From assembly GCA_016283935.1 (NCBI GenBank), contig JAEENX010000020.1, positions 11,268-75,267 of the forward strand: a DNA stretch of 64,000 nt. The letters run 5' to 3'. The position numbers and the translations under genes were made by a program. The notes beneath the pieces were generated by a model. It was not told the origin of the DNA, made no database searches, and saw only the letters and a list, made by a program, of their open reading frames with translations. The stretch's first letter is position 1. Each line of letters opens with the position of its first letter. Shown piece by piece: positions 7,884 through 17,171 of the stretch. This stretch comes from Bacilli bacterium. GTDB taxonomy: Bacteria > Bacillota_I > Bacilli_A > RF39 > UBA660.

Positions 7884-9119
7884 TTATAAATCTACAATTT
7901 TAATAAAATCAAAGTCTGATTCTTTAAATTGTTCATTATAATCTTTTACATATAGATTCATTAGTAAATCGCCTTTGTTAACTGTATCACCTTCAGTAAC
8001 ACTTAACATAATTCCTACACCGTAATCTATTTTATCTTCTAATGTAACTCTTGATGCACCTAATTTAGCAGCAAGTTTAGCAGCTCCTAAAGCATCAATT
8101 GTATCAATTCTACCTGTTTTTTGAGCTCTTACTTTAATAACATTTTCAGAGATTGATAATTCTCCAAGTCTTCCACCTTGGGCTTTAACAAATTCATAGA
8201 ATTTCTTTAATGCATCTCCTGTTATTATGACTTTCTTAGCTTCTTTTTTAGCTTCTTCAATAGAAACGCCTTTAGCCATTGAATATAATGTTGCAACTAT
8301 ATCTACACAACTATGGTATAAAGGGCATTCTTTACCATGTAATACATTAATTGCTTCAGCAACTTCTAATGCATTACCAATTGCGTATGATAATGGAGTA
8401 CTCATTGGACTAATGATTGTTTTTACATTTCTATGATAAGCTTCTCCAATTGTAGTTAAGAATCTAGATAATTCTTTAGCAGATTCTCTAGTCTTCATCA
8501 GCGCTCCAGATCCATATTTAACATCTATTAAAATATTATCTGCTCCTAATGCTATTTTCTTAGACATTATTGAAGATGCAATTAATGGAATTGATTCAGT
8601 TGTTCCTGTTACATCTCTTAATGCATATATAACTTTATCAAGTGGAGTTAAATCATTATTTTGAGCACTTAATGCAAATCCTAATTCTTCAACTTGTTTA
8701 ATAAATTTTTCTTTATCAGGGTTAACATTGAATCCTGGAATTGATTCAATCTTATCAATTGTTCCACCTGTATATCCTAATCCTCTTCCACTCATCTTTG
8801 CCATGTGTAAGCCTAAGCAAGCACACATTGGTCCAATTACGAATGTTGTAGAATCTCCAACACCACCTGTAGAGTGTTTATCTACTACATTTGGCATCTT
8901 TTTAGATAATTCGTATTGTTCTCCTGATTTAATAAATATATCTGTTAAATCTAATGTTTCAGACATATCCATTCCGTTTAATACAATTGCCATTAGTAAT
9001 GCACTTATTTGATAATTAGGAATTTTATTTTCTAAGTATCCCATGAATGCAAATTCTAATTCTTCTCTAGTTAAAGTACCTTTGTCTTTTTTCTTTGTAA
9101 TAATATCTAGTATGTTCAT
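7884..9119 (-). CDS. pdp: Pyrimidine-nucleoside (thymidine) phosphorylase
   Basis: The DKHSTGGVGD and MSGRGLGYTGGTIDK motifs and overall PYNP-family collinearity. Confidence 0.9.
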   Translation of the reverse strand: MNILDIITKKKDKGTLTREELEFAFMGYLENKIPNYQISALLMAIVLNGMDMSETLDLTDIFIKSGEQYELSKKMPNVVDKHSTGGVGDSTTFVIGPMCACLGLHMAKMSGRGLGYTGGTIDKIESIPGFNVNPDKEKFIKQVEELGFALSAQNNDLTPLDKVIYALRDVTGTTESIPLIASSIMSKKIALGADNILIDVKYGSGALMKTRESAKELSRFLTTIGEAYHRNVKTIISPMSTPLSYAIGNALEVAEAINVLHGKECPLYHSCVDIVATLYSMAKGVSIEEAKKEAKKVIITGDALKKFYEFVKAQGGRLGELSISENVIKVRAQKTGRIDTIDALGAAKLAAKLGASRVTLEDKIDYGVGIMLSVTEGDTVNKGDLLMNLYVKDYNEQFKESDFDFIKIVDL

Positions 9120-9147
9120 ATACTTTCACCCTATTCTCATTATAGCA

Positions 9148-9178
9148 TAAAAAAAACAACTATAATAGTTGTTTTTTT
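9148..9178 (-). terminator. Intrinsic terminator after mscL
   Basis: AAAAAACAACTA (9151-9162) pairs with TAGTTGTTTTTT (9166-9177) around a 3-nt loop. The flanking A-run gives a U-tract on the minus strand. Confidence 0.7.
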
Positions 9179-9183
9179 AGTTT

Positions 9184-9669
9184 TTATTTCTTATTTTGTT
9201 TCTTTAATTCAGCAAGGATTTCAGATAATAGCTTTTCTTCTTTTGAAGGTTCTGCAACAGCAGCCTCTTCTTCTTTTTTCTTTTTACCAATAGTCATTAA
9301 TTTATTTACTGACTTTAACATGATAAATAGAACAAAAGCCATAATTAAGAAATTAATAACTGCAGTTATAAAATCACCATAATTAATTGATAATGCTTTA
9401 ACAGCAGCTGAATCAAGTCCAGTATAATCAACCCATGGTAATCTAATTGAACCACCAACTTCTACTCCACCAATTGAATTAATTAATGGGTTAATAAAGT
9501 TAGTAGTTAATGATGTTACAATGGAACCAAATGCAGTACCAATAATAACACCAATAGCCATATCCATTACATTTCCTTTAAGAACAAATTCCTTAAATTC
9601 GGATATGAATCCTTTTCCCTTTCCTGCTACACTTTTTAATTTTTCATTTTTAATCTCTGGCTTTTTCAT
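9184..9669 (-). CDS. mscL: Large-conductance mechanosensitive channel
   Basis: FKEFVLKGNVMDMAIGVIIGTAFGSIV is the MscL TM1 signature. I start it at ATG 9669 (AGGGAG SD); the track start at 9684 is a GTG in the SD region. Confidence 0.9.
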   Translation of the reverse strand: MKKPEIKNEKLKSVAGKGKGFISEFKEFVLKGNVMDMAIGVIIGTAFGSIVTSLTTNFINPLINSIGGVEVGGSIRLPWVDYTGLDSAAVKALSINYGDFITAVINFLIMAFVLFIMLKSVNKLMTIGKKKKEEEAAVAEPSKEEKLLSEILAELKKQNKK

Positions 9670-9691
9670 TAAACTCTCCCTCACTTTCTAA

Positions 9692-12097
9692 TTAATCTAA
9701 TATAGCTTTAATTCTTCTAACACCAGCAGATGATGCTTCTTCTTTAGTAATTTTGAAGTGTCCTAATTCACTTGTATTTTTAACATGTGGACCTCCACAT
9801 AATTCTTTAGATACATTATCTCCAATTGTATATACAGTTACAACATCTGGATATTTTTCAATAAACATACATTCAGCACCAGATGCAATAGCTTCTTCTT
9901 TAGACATTTCATCACATCTAACATCTAAACCATCTTTAATCCATCCGTTTACTAAATCTTCTGCTTTTTGTTTTTCTTCATCGCTTAATTTGTGATCACA
10001 TGAGAAGTCAAATCTCATTCTTTCATCTGTTATATTTGAACCTCTTTGATGTACATCAGGTCCTACAACAATTTTTAAAGCTGCATTAAGTAAGTGAGTT
10101 GCAGTATGATATCTTGTTTCGATTTCTGAATTACCAGCTAAACCACCTTTAAATTTACCTTGAGAAGCAGTTCTTGATAATTCTTGATGTTCTTTAAATT
10201 TAGCATGATATCCATCAACATCAACTTTTAATCCTTTTTCTCTTGCAAGTTCTTCAGTTAATTCTAATGGAAAACCATAAGTATCGAATAAGTGGAATGC
10301 TGTAACTCCATCTATATCTTGATTATCTTTAGTAACCTTTTCAAATTCTCTTAATCCTTTTTCAAGTGTTCTATTAAATTTTACTTTTTCATTTTGTAAT
10401 CCTTCTAGAACAACTTGTCTATTATCTCTTAATTCTGAATAGTAGTTATCATACATATTCATTAATTCAGATGCAATTTTTTGATCCCAATCTGAATTAA
10501 TATCTATATTTAAATTTTTAGCATGTCTAATAGCTCTTCTTATTAATCTTCTTAAAATATATCCTTGATCAGTATTTGAAGGTTTAATACCAGCTGGATC
10601 AGCTAGAATAAATACTGCAGTTCTTAAGTGATCAGCTATAATTCTCATAGATTTTTCATTACCTTCATATGTTAATCCAGAAATTTCTTCAATTAATTTA
10701 ATAATTGGAGCCCAAATAGAAGATTGATAATTATCTGTTTTTCCTTCAAGTATTGCAGTAGTTCTTTCTACACCCATACCTGTATCTACATTCTTATTTG
10801 GTAGTTCTGTAATAGTTCCATCTTCATGTTTTTCAAATTGCATGAATACGTCATTCCAAATTTCTACCCATCTAACATCTTCAGTATCAAATGTTTCAGG
10901 AACTGGATCGTTACTTCTCCAATAGAACATTTCTGAGTCAGGTCCACATGGTCCTGTTTCTCCAGCTATCCAGAAATTATCTTCTGTAGTTCTAGCAATT
11001 CTTTCTTCAGGAATTCCTAATGATAACCATAAATCATGTGATTCTTGGTCAAATGGAATTAAATCATTACCAGCAAATACTGTTACAGCTAATTTTTCTA
11101 CAGGGATATTTAATACTTTAGTTAAGAATTCAAAACTCCATGAAATAGCTTCTTGTTTGAAATAATCTCCTAAAGACCAGTTTCCTAACATTTCAAAGAA
11201 TGTATGATGATATGTATCTCCTATATTATCTAGGTCATTTGTTCTTATACATTTTTGATAGTCAGTTAATCTAGTACCATATGGATGTTTAGCTCCCATT
11301 AAATATGGAATTAATGGTTGCATACCAGCTGTATTAAATAATACTGATGGATCATTTTCAGGTACTACTGGAGCACTTGGTATTTGCTTATGTCCTTTCT
11401 CAATCATAAAATTAATATATAAATCTTTTAGATTCATAGGTTTCACCCTTTCAATATACTTTATTAATAATTTTAAAGACTCATCAACATTTATATTTGA
11501 TGTGTCTAATACAAATGCATCATCAGCAATTTTTAAAGCTCCAAACTTTCTAGTTTTATCTGCTTCATCTCTTGCTTTAATTGATGCAACAATTTCTTCA
11601 AAAGAAGCTTCTTCTCCTGATTCTTTCATTTGATTATATCTTCTTTTTGCTCTTTCTTCTGCAGATGCAGTTATATATATTTTATGTAGTGCATTTGGAA
11701 ATAAGACTGTTGTAACATCTCTTCCATCTAACACTATATCTTTGTCATAGGAATATCTTCTGATTTTATCATTTACGATTAATCTTACATCTGTTATTGC
11801 TGCTACTTTAGGGACTAATTTATTTACTTCCATAGAACGTAGTTCGTTTCCTAACTCTTCTTCATTTATAAGAGCTCTGTCACCCTTCATTTCTAGTTTT
11901 AAATCATTAGCTAATCTTATTATTTCATCTTCTGCACCAATATCTATATGATAGCTTAACATTAAATATGCTATAGCTCTGTAATATAGTCCAGTATCTA
12001 AATAATAATAACCTAAGTGATCTGCTAGTAATCTGGCAAGTGTTCCTTTTCCAGTTCCAGATGGACCATCAATTGCAACAATAATATTTTCTTTCAT
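9692..12097 (-). CDS. In-frame fusion of cytidylate kinase (residues 1-220) and a short alanyl-tRNA synthetase (residues 221-801, lacking the C-Ala domain)
   Basis: The Cmk P-loop is IAIDGPSGTGKGT. From the internal ATG at 11437 (AAGGGTGA SD at 11443-11450) the sequence is AlaRS: FNTAGMQPL, HHTFFEMLGNWSLGDYFK, and editing-domain motifs HTATHLL and CGGPHV. There is no stop codon between the two parts. Confidence 0.85.
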   Translation of the reverse strand: MKENIIVAIDGPSGTGKGTLARLLADHLGYYYLDTGLYYRAIAYLMLSYHIDIGAEDEIIRLANDLKLEMKGDRALINEEELGNELRSMEVNKLVPKVAAITDVRLIVNDKIRRYSYDKDIVLDGRDVTTVLFPNALHKIYITASAEERAKRRYNQMKESGEEASFEEIVASIKARDEADKTRKFGALKIADDAFVLDTSNINVDESLKLLIKYIERVKPMNLKDLYINFMIEKGHKQIPSAPVVPENDPSVLFNTAGMQPLIPYLMGAKHPYGTRLTDYQKCIRTNDLDNIGDTYHHTFFEMLGNWSLGDYFKQEAISWSFEFLTKVLNIPVEKLAVTVFAGNDLIPFDQESHDLWLSLGIPEERIARTTEDNFWIAGETGPCGPDSEMFYWRSNDPVPETFDTEDVRWVEIWNDVFMQFEKHEDGTITELPNKNVDTGMGVERTTAILEGKTDNYQSSIWAPIIKLIEEISGLTYEGNEKSMRIIADHLRTAVFILADPAGIKPSNTDQGYILRRLIRRAIRHAKNLNIDINSDWDQKIASELMNMYDNYYSELRDNRQVVLEGLQNEKVKFNRTLEKGLREFEKVTKDNQDIDGVTAFHLFDTYGFPLELTEELAREKGLKVDVDGYHAKFKEHQELSRTASQGKFKGGLAGNSEIETRYHTATHLLNAALKIVVGPDVHQRGSNITDERMRFDFSCDHKLSDEEKQKAEDLVNGWIKDGLDVRCDEMSKEEAIASGAECMFIEKYPDVVTVYTIGDNVSKELCGGPHVKNTSELGHFKITKEEASSAGVRRIKAILD

Positions 12098-12138
12098 AAA
12101 TATTCCTCATCACTTTGCTTATTATAGCACAAAATGGA

Positions 12139-13518
12139 CTAACATAAGCCTAAATTACATAAAAAACCACTCTTTTTTTCAGTTTTATTGGCAATTCCTA
12201 AAGAATCATCACCAATTAGATATGTATCATTTCCTATTGTTAAAGTTATATAGAATGGATATTCTTTCTTTTCCAGTTCACTATAACGTCCATTGCTTCC
12301 TTCAAATAATGCAAGATTATTGTATTTATAACTTCCATTTGTAAATTTGATTAAGTAATAATGTGGCTTTTGTGGTTCGTCTCCCCAAGCTCTTTCATAT
12401 TCAGTTGATATGTATATTCCGTCATTATATTGATATGTTTTTTTATCATCATAATCGCTATATATGTTATTTATACCGTGTGTAGATACATCTTTAACTG
12501 ATATATCATTTATACTATTAATATTTCTATCTAGCTCGTAATTAGTAATATTTTCTTTTAAAGGCGTACTATTACTTACTGAACTATCAAATACATAATC
12601 TTTTTTTATAATCGTTAAATTAGAAGGTAAACCAGCATTAACTTTTATTAGATATATTGCTGAATCATCACTGAAATTTTTGATGTAGTTTTGCATATCA
12701 TTAATATTTAATTCGTTTTTATATAATATAACATTACTAATTGTAAGTTTTCTTGAATTTAATAATTCATCAAAGTTCTTACCAACTGGTAATATTTTGG
12801 AATAATCTTCATATAAATAATAATCGTGATATAAATCTTTATATGATAAAGTAACATCTTGATCTACAATACCTAAATAAGAAAATCTGTTTTCTATTTT
12901 TGCTTTATATGATTCTTTAAATGAATTTTGATTAACATCATCACCAATATATTCATCATTTATTGTAATAACATGTGTTCCATCATTTATATAGGATAAA
13001 TGTAAGTTAGTACATTCTTCTTTTCTACTATGTTTTTCATCCATTACCTCATAACAAATATCTTCATGTGATAATACTTGTACTTCTTTAAAATAATGAA
13101 ATTGATAGTAATTATTTATCATTGGTTTTATTACTTTTTCATAATGGCTCTTATTTAACATGAGTGCTACGTAAAAAATTATACAAGCAATAGTTAATAC
13201 AGAAGACATTATAATTGATGCTATAGTAAGTACTCTTTTATTTTCTGTTTTCATCAATCCTAATTCTTTCTTTTCAGCATCAGAAAGTAAATCCATATAT
13301 TCTTTATCAATTTGTTCTTCATCATCAGGCCAAAGGATATCAAAAAAGTCTGCCATCTTTCTTGCTAATTTATTAGAAATATTAGAATGATCTTTTGGAT
13401 ATTTTTCTCTATATTCTTTTTCTATTTCTTTATCTATCTTTTTTTGTTGTTTTTTTAAATCTTTTTCCCTTTTTTTATAGTATATAGCTCTAGAGATTTT
13501 ATTTTTAAATTGAGGCAT
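12139..13518 (-). CDS. Hypothetical single-pass membrane protein (459 aa)
   Basis: Lys-rich cytoplasmic N-terminus, one TM helix (VLTIASIIMSSVLTIACIIFYVALML) and a ~330-aa extracytoplasmic domain. No family recognised. TGCTATAAT box at 13545-13553. Confidence 0.6.
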   Translation of the reverse strand: MPQFKNKISRAIYYKKREKDLKKQQKKIDKEIEKEYREKYPKDHSNISNKLARKMADFFDILWPDDEEQIDKEYMDLLSDAEKKELGLMKTENKRVLTIASIIMSSVLTIACIIFYVALMLNKSHYEKVIKPMINNYYQFHYFKEVQVLSHEDICYEVMDEKHSRKEECTNLHLSYINDGTHVITINDEYIGDDVNQNSFKESYKAKIENRFSYLGIVDQDVTLSYKDLYHDYYLYEDYSKILPVGKNFDELLNSRKLTISNVILYKNELNINDMQNYIKNFSDDSAIYLIKVNAGLPSNLTIIKKDYVFDSSVSNSTPLKENITNYELDRNINSINDISVKDVSTHGINNIYSDYDDKKTYQYNDGIYISTEYERAWGDEPQKPHYYLIKFTNGSYKYNNLALFEGSNGRYSELEKKEYPFYITLTIGNDTYLIGDDSLGIANKTEKKSGFLCNLGLC

Positions 13519-13573
13519 TACACATCATCCCTATTCTAATAATAATTATAGCAAATAAAAAAGACTTATAAAA

Positions 13574-14305
13574 CTATAAGTCTATATTATTCTCTAAAAA
13601 CTTTTTACTATGAATATATACACCAGTATATCTATCATAGTATTGATTTAAAAATTTATTTATATCTTCAATAATATAATCTTTTATTTTTAATTCTGAT
13701 ATTGTAGATATATCGATCATATAATACATTTGTAACATTTTTTGTACTTTAGAATCATATATAATCTCATTTGTATAACAATCAGCACATATATATCCGC
13801 CTTCATCTGGATCTATAGTAACTATATTTTTTACTCCACCACATTTACAACATGATTTTAAATTAATTGGACATCCTAAGTAATCTAATAATTTTATTTC
13901 TAGTATATTAGTCATGACTTTAGGATTTAATCCATCATTTATTTTTAATATGGTATTTATGTATAAATCATATATGTTCTTTGAATCATTTTGTTTTACA
14001 ACTTGAGTAACTAAATCAGTTATATATGTAAAATATGATATTAATAATAAATCAGTTTTAATAATATTAAAATTATTAATTATAGTACCTTCTTTTAAAG
14101 TAGATATCTTATTTTCATTATAATATATAATAAATTCAGCATAAGAAAATCTTTGAGATACTATTCTTAAAGGACTTTTCATATTCTTACATCCTTTAGA
14201 CATTACTCCAATTATGCCAAATTCTTTTGTATATATATTTAAAATTTTAGATGATTCCTTAAAAGGAGTTTCAGATACTACAATTCCTTTTACAGTTGTA
14301 AGCAT
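13574..14305 (-). CDS. recO: DNA repair protein RecO
   Basis: The N-terminal OB fold (VKGIVVSETPFKESSKILNIYTKEFG) and the Cys4 zinc motif CCKCG...CADC. It sits downstream of era, as in Bacillus. Confidence 0.85.
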   Translation of the reverse strand: MLTTVKGIVVSETPFKESSKILNIYTKEFGIIGVMSKGCKNMKSPLRIVSQRFSYAEFIIYYNENKISTLKEGTIINNFNIIKTDLLLISYFTYITDLVTQVVKQNDSKNIYDLYINTILKINDGLNPKVMTNILEIKLLDYLGCPINLKSCCKCGGVKNIVTIDPDEGGYICADCYTNEIIYDSKVQKMLQMYYMIDISTISELKIKDYIIEDINKFLNQYYDRYTGVYIHSKKFLENNIDL

Positions 14306-14316
14306 TTAAATATCAC

Positions 14317-15195
14317 CTATTGATTTTCATATAGTTCATCAATATATCTTACATTATTTCTCCAGTCTTTAACTGTTTTTACATATAATTCTAGATATAC
14401 TTGTTTATTTAATAAATGTTCAATATCTTTTCTAGCTTCAGTTCCAATTTCTTTTAACATAGCACCAGATTTACCAATTATAATCTTTTTTAGATTATCT
14501 CTTGATACAATAATATCTACACCAATTTCTGCAATTGATGTTTTATTATTAAATGAAGATAATACACATGTAACTGAATGAGGTACTTCATCATTAGTTA
14601 AATTTAATATTTTTTCTCTTACTAATTCAGTAATCATAAATTCTGGATTAGTATTAGTTATTACTTCGTCTTCATAATATTTAACATTATCTTTTAAATA
14701 ATTCTTTGTTATATCAATAAGTGTATCTATATTATGCTCTTTCATAGCACTTATTGGAATTATTTCAGCAAAGTCATATAAATCTTTATACATATTTATA
14801 GCTTTTAGAATTCCATCTTTAGATAATCTATCTATTTTATTTAATACTAATATAACAGGTACAGTAGTTCTCTTAAGAGCATCAATTATATATTTATCTC
14901 CTCTTCCTAATCCACCTGCAGCATCTACTACAAATAAAATACAATCAATATCATCTAATGAAGAATATGATTCTTCATTTAATCTTCTGCCTAATTTATC
15001 ACTTGCTTTTGCAATACCAGGAGTATCTACAAAGACAATTTGAAAATCATCACCATGATATACACCTTGAATTGTGTTTCTAGTTGTACCAGCTACATCA
15101 GATACAATTGCTATATGTTCATTTACTATAGCATTAATTAATGTAGATTTACCTGTATTAGGTCTACCTACGATTGATACAAATCCACTTCTCAT
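14317..15195 (-). CDS. era: GTPase Era
   Basis: G1 GRPNTGKST, G3 DTPG, G4 NKID, and a C-terminal KH domain. Confidence 0.95.
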   Translation of the reverse strand: MRSGFVSIVGRPNTGKSTLINAIVNEHIAIVSDVAGTTRNTIQGVYHGDDFQIVFVDTPGIAKASDKLGRRLNEESYSSLDDIDCILFVVDAAGGLGRGDKYIIDALKRTTVPVILVLNKIDRLSKDGILKAINMYKDLYDFAEIIPISAMKEHNIDTLIDITKNYLKDNVKYYEDEVITNTNPEFMITELVREKILNLTNDEVPHSVTCVLSSFNNKTSIAEIGVDIIVSRDNLKKIIIGKSGAMLKEIGTEARKDIEHLLNKQVYLELYVKTVKDWRNNVRYIDELYENQ

Positions 15196-15206
15196 ATATA
15201 CTCCTT

Positions 15207-15650
15207 CTATCTAGTTATTCCTAAATCATTTAATATTTCTTCTTGCAATCCAAATTGGATCTTTTCTTCTTCTTCTGATCTTGTATGATCATATCCTAAA
15301 AGATGTAATAATCCATGACAAACTAAAAATGATAATTCTCTCTTTTCTGAATGACCATATTCTTCAGCTTGTGCTTTCATTTTAGGAATCGATACAAATA
15401 TATCGCCAAGTTCTCTTTCTTCTTCTATAAATGTACCATTGTCTTCTAAAGCAAATGATAATACATCAGTTGTTCTATCTATTCCACGATATTCTTTATT
15501 CATTTCATGCATTTTTTCATCATCAATAAAGATAATATCACAATAAGCATTTTTAACTTCTAATTTTTCAAATGTATGATTGATTACATCATTTAAATAT
15601 GAATAATCAAAATCTACATTAAATTCATCAATAATATCATATCTATTCAT
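15207..15650 (-). CDS. ybeY: rRNA maturation endoribonuclease YbeY
   Basis: The HGLLHLLGYDH zinc motif. I start it at ATG 15650 with an AGGTGAT SD; the longer track ORF would overlap the upstream gene. Confidence 0.9.
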   Translation of the reverse strand: MNRYDIIDEFNVDFDYSYLNDVINHTFEKLEVKNAYCDIIFIDDEKMHEMNKEYRGIDRTTDVLSFALEDNGTFIEEERELGDIFVSIPKMKAQAEEYGHSEKRELSFLVCHGLLHLLGYDHTRSEEEEKIQFGLQEEILNDLGITR

Positions 15651-15654
15651 CTTA

Positions 15655-16305
15655 TCACCTAAACCATATATAAATTGCAACAAATGTTATTATAACAAAT
15701 AAAATAAAGCATGTCTTCTTAATTATTTTATTTTTTATAACTTTATTAAACATCCAGAAGAATAATCTAAATACATAATAACCTATTATTCCTCCTAAAA
15801 CATTTAAAATAATATCATCTATATCAAAGCTTCTACCTATATATGTTTGGATAATTTCAATTGATAAAGATGTAATAAATACTACCAATGCAGATAACCA
15901 GAAAGAATGTTTTCCTGATTTTAAATTAATTAAATCTGCAACGATAAATCCAAATGGAATAAATAAGCATATATTTCCACCTATATTCCAAATAAATAAT
16001 GGATCTTGTATATTTTTATATCTAAAGATTTCCCTAAAAGGAATAAAGTTGTTTGAATAACTTTGAAAGTCTTTTGTAGTAACAAATAAGAATAATAAAA
16101 AAACATATAAAACGTATACTAACGCTTTTAAATCGTGATATATATCAAACTTAGAATGACTATATAAATTTGTTATTATACGTAATACAACAGCTACAAT
16201 AACAAATAATACCATCATAGGAACTATATCTGTAAGTAAATTGTAAGCACTTTTAGGTAAAACTTGTTGTGCTGAATGATTTAAAAATTCATTTGCTAGC
16301 AACAT
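15655..16305 (-). CDS. VanZ-like family membrane protein
   Basis: A multi-TM protein. The NIGGNICLFIPFGF and IDDIILNVLGGIIGY motifs resemble VanZ-like proteins. It ends in TGA. Confidence 0.65.
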   Translation of the reverse strand: MLLANEFLNHSAQQVLPKSAYNLLTDIVPMMVLFVIVAVVLRIITNLYSHSKFDIYHDLKALVYVLYVFLLFLFVTTKDFQSYSNNFIPFREIFRYKNIQDPLFIWNIGGNICLFIPFGFIVADLINLKSGKHSFWLSALVVFITSLSIEIIQTYIGRSFDIDDIILNVLGGIIGYYVFRLFFWMFNKVIKNKIIKKTCFILFVIITFVAIYIWFR

Positions 16306-16377
16306 ATTACCACTTCCATTCTATGTTATTATTATATAATACTTTGCAAAATAAAAAAACACTAGAAGTGTCTTTTA

Positions 16378-16827
16378 TTATGCTAATTTTTGCTTAACTA
16401 ATCCTGATACTTTAGACATGTCAGCTGCAGCACCAGCTTTTTCAGTTACGTATTTCATAACTTTACCCATATCTTTTATAGTTTCAGCTCCTACTTCTTT
16501 AATTCCTTCATCAATGATTTGTAGTAAAGCTTCTTCAGATAATTCTTCTGGTAAATATACTGATAAAATTTCTACTTCTTTTTTTAAATCTTCAACTTGA
16601 TCTAATTTTCCATATTTTTCAAATTCTTCAATTGATCCTTTTCTTTTCTTAACTTCTGATTTTACTACCGCAAGAACATCATCATCAGTTAAGTCATTTG
16701 GTTTAACTTCTATTTCTTTAAGCATAATTGCAGATTTAAGCATTCTTATTACATTAAGTTTAAACTTATCTCCACCTTTCATTGCTTCTACCATATCTTT
16801 TTTTATTTGTTCATACATATAAAACAT
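16378..16827 (-). CDS. yqeY: GatB/YqeY domain protein
   Basis: 149 aa, with typical YqeY N- and C-terminal helices (KKDMVEAMKGGDK...). It lies directly downstream of rpsU, as in Bacillus. Confidence 0.85.
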   Translation of the reverse strand: MFYMYEQIKKDMVEAMKGGDKFKLNVIRMLKSAIMLKEIEVKPNDLTDDDVLAVVKSEVKKRKGSIEEFEKYGKLDQVEDLKKEVEILSVYLPEELSEEALLQIIDEGIKEVGAETIKDMGKVMKYVTEKAGAAADMSKVSGLVKQKLA

Positions 16828-16852
16828 CTTCTTTCCAAATATAATATATCAT

Positions 16853-16878
16853 AAAAAAAGAGGATTTACTATCCTCTT
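16853..16878 (-). terminator. Intrinsic terminator after rpsU
   Basis: AAGAGGAT (16858-16865) pairs with ATCCTCTT (16871-16878). The stem contains the rpsU TAG, and the A-run at 16853-16859 gives a U-tract on the minus strand. Confidence 0.65.
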
Positions 16879-17063
16879 CTATTTCTATTTCTTTTACGTG
16901 AATTTTTGATCATTTCTTTTTTCTCTTCACGTCTCTTAACGCCTGGTTTTGTATATTCCTTATGTTTCTTTAATTCAGAAGGGACACCGCTTTTAGCTAC
17001 CTTAAGTTTGAATCTTTTTAATGCACCATTAATGTCACCGTTTTTTACTTCAACTCTTGTCAT
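16869..17063 (-). CDS. rpsU: 30S ribosomal protein S21
   Basis: MTRVEVKNGDINGALKRFKLKVAKSG... with a basic tail. ATG 17063 is preceded by GAGGAGGGAAG. The track's 104-aa version is an upstream extension. Confidence 0.9.
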   Translation of the reverse strand: MTRVEVKNGDINGALKRFKLKVAKSGVPSELKKHKEYTKPGVKRREEKKEMIKNSRKRNRNRRG

Positions 17064-17094
17064 TTTTACTTCCCTCCTCTCAAACATCAATAGT

Positions 17095-17123
17095 ATTATA
17101 TTACATAAAACCGATAGTTGCAA
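17095..17123 (-). promoter_or_regulatory. Sigma-A-type promoter for rpsU
   Basis: On the minus strand: TTGCAA (17118-17123), a 17-nt spacer, then TATAAT (17095-17100). Confidence 0.6.
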
Positions 17124-17144
17124 GGCATTTTTACACTGAAAAAT

Positions 17145-17171
17145 GAAAAAAGTAAGCATTTTATGCCTACT
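17145..17171 (-). terminator. Intrinsic terminator after the 535-aa surface protein gene
   Basis: AGTAAGCAT (17151-17159) pairs with ATGCCTACT (17163-17171) with one mismatch, followed by a U-tract on the minus strand. Confidence 0.55.

Noticed and set aside
6059-9119. pdp plus HerA-like ATPase as a nucleoside-targeting defence system
   Set aside because: pdp is a standard PYNP-family housekeeping salvage enzyme, not the PNP/UDP-type effector seen in defence systems. No nuclease, SIR2 or sensor partner is present. I kept only the orphan-HerA observation, at modest interest.
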